NCBI GenBank assembly: GCA_951406725.2
Contig: OX597826.1
Coordinates: 63,798,001 to 63,862,000, forward strand
Source: Octopus vulgaris
Taxonomy: Eukaryota
DNA: 64,000 nt
Reading direction: 5' to 3'
The notes beneath the pieces are model-generated. The model saw only the letters and a list, made by a program, of their open reading frames with translations, did no database searches and was not told where the DNA came from. The translations under genes were made by a program, and so were the position numbers. Shown here one piece after another: positions 63,541 to 64,000 of the stretch. Numbering within the stretch: the stretch's first letter is position 1; every line of letters begins with the position of its first letter.

Positions 63541-64000
63541 CCGTAAATCTTCGAGTATAGTCCGCCCTTGAGTATAATATGCAGAGGATTTTTAGGGGAC
63601 TGTACTTCTGAAAAAACCTAAATCTTGTGTATAATACACACCCCTTCTCTAACTTGAGTCGTGCGTAATTAAGCCAGCAGCACCTAGTCGAACAAACACT
63701 TCCGTGCATATGTAATACAATAATGGTGGTGTTCTTAACTGTTATATGGGAATGTAAATATGTTTGCAAATTGTTTTTGTTACATGTTATTCTGTGTTCT
63801 GAATACTTTTATTTTAATAAGTGTTGCTTACTGCAAGTTATGAATGATCCCTTTATGACTTCCTTGCTTTCAGGTTTAGCTTAAGGTATTTTCGTGCCTG
63901 GCATCACAAAATGCGTCTGAATAAACATTGCCGACAGCAAATAGAGACTCGGACATTGCTTAGAAAATATTTTTCATTTTTAACCTCGTATATAGTACGC
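63541..64000 (+). mobile_element. pogo/Tc2-like DNA transposon running off the window
   Basis: TA-ccgtaaatcttcgagtatag terminus after a (TA)n run; shares internal sequence with the 21011-21134 right-end fragment. Confidence 0.7.

Noticed and set aside
1341-63769. Remaining short ORFs (60-120 aa) in the supplied track
   Set aside because: They fall in SINE, MITE or LINE debris or low-complexity intron sequence, many with non-ATG starts inappropriate for a eukaryote; no coherent protein similarity.

Overview
AT-rich, repeat-dense eukaryotic genomic DNA. The SINE/MITE repertoire resembles that of octopus (coleoid cephalopod); this is inferred from pattern recognition, not a database search. The window is dominated by one + strand multi-exon gene, the central-channel FG nucleoporin NUP58 (NUPL1, p58/p45). 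I reconstructed 14 coding exons from 3961 to 55965 with GT-AG boundaries and continuous reading phase (2326 nt, at least 774 aa). The start codon is not identified and probably lies upstream. The protein has a long N-terminal GFSFG domain, the conserved coiled-coil core and the conserved C-terminus LQKPPP..KRGKR. Introns hold tRNA-derived SINEs, RTE/L2-like LINE debris, Tc1/mariner, pogo/Tc2-like, hAT and piggyBac-like elements, and microsatellites. The most interesting signal is in the last 11.8-kb intron, which offers three apparent routes to a protein lacking the terminal exon: (1) donor read-through GGT-TAG with downstream poly(A) signals; (2) a cryptic 102-nt exon that starts G|GT-TGA, giving the identical KPLG* end and carrying a sense-strand G:U-rich pre-miRNA-sized hairpin; (3) a second cryptic acceptor next to a long MITE-derived dsRNA stem. 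Together these suggest an RNA-structure-linked p58/p45-like or NMD autoregulatory switch. A young 75-bp near-perfect fold-back insertion with a 15-bp target duplication is also present. All isoform claims are predictions needing RNA data.
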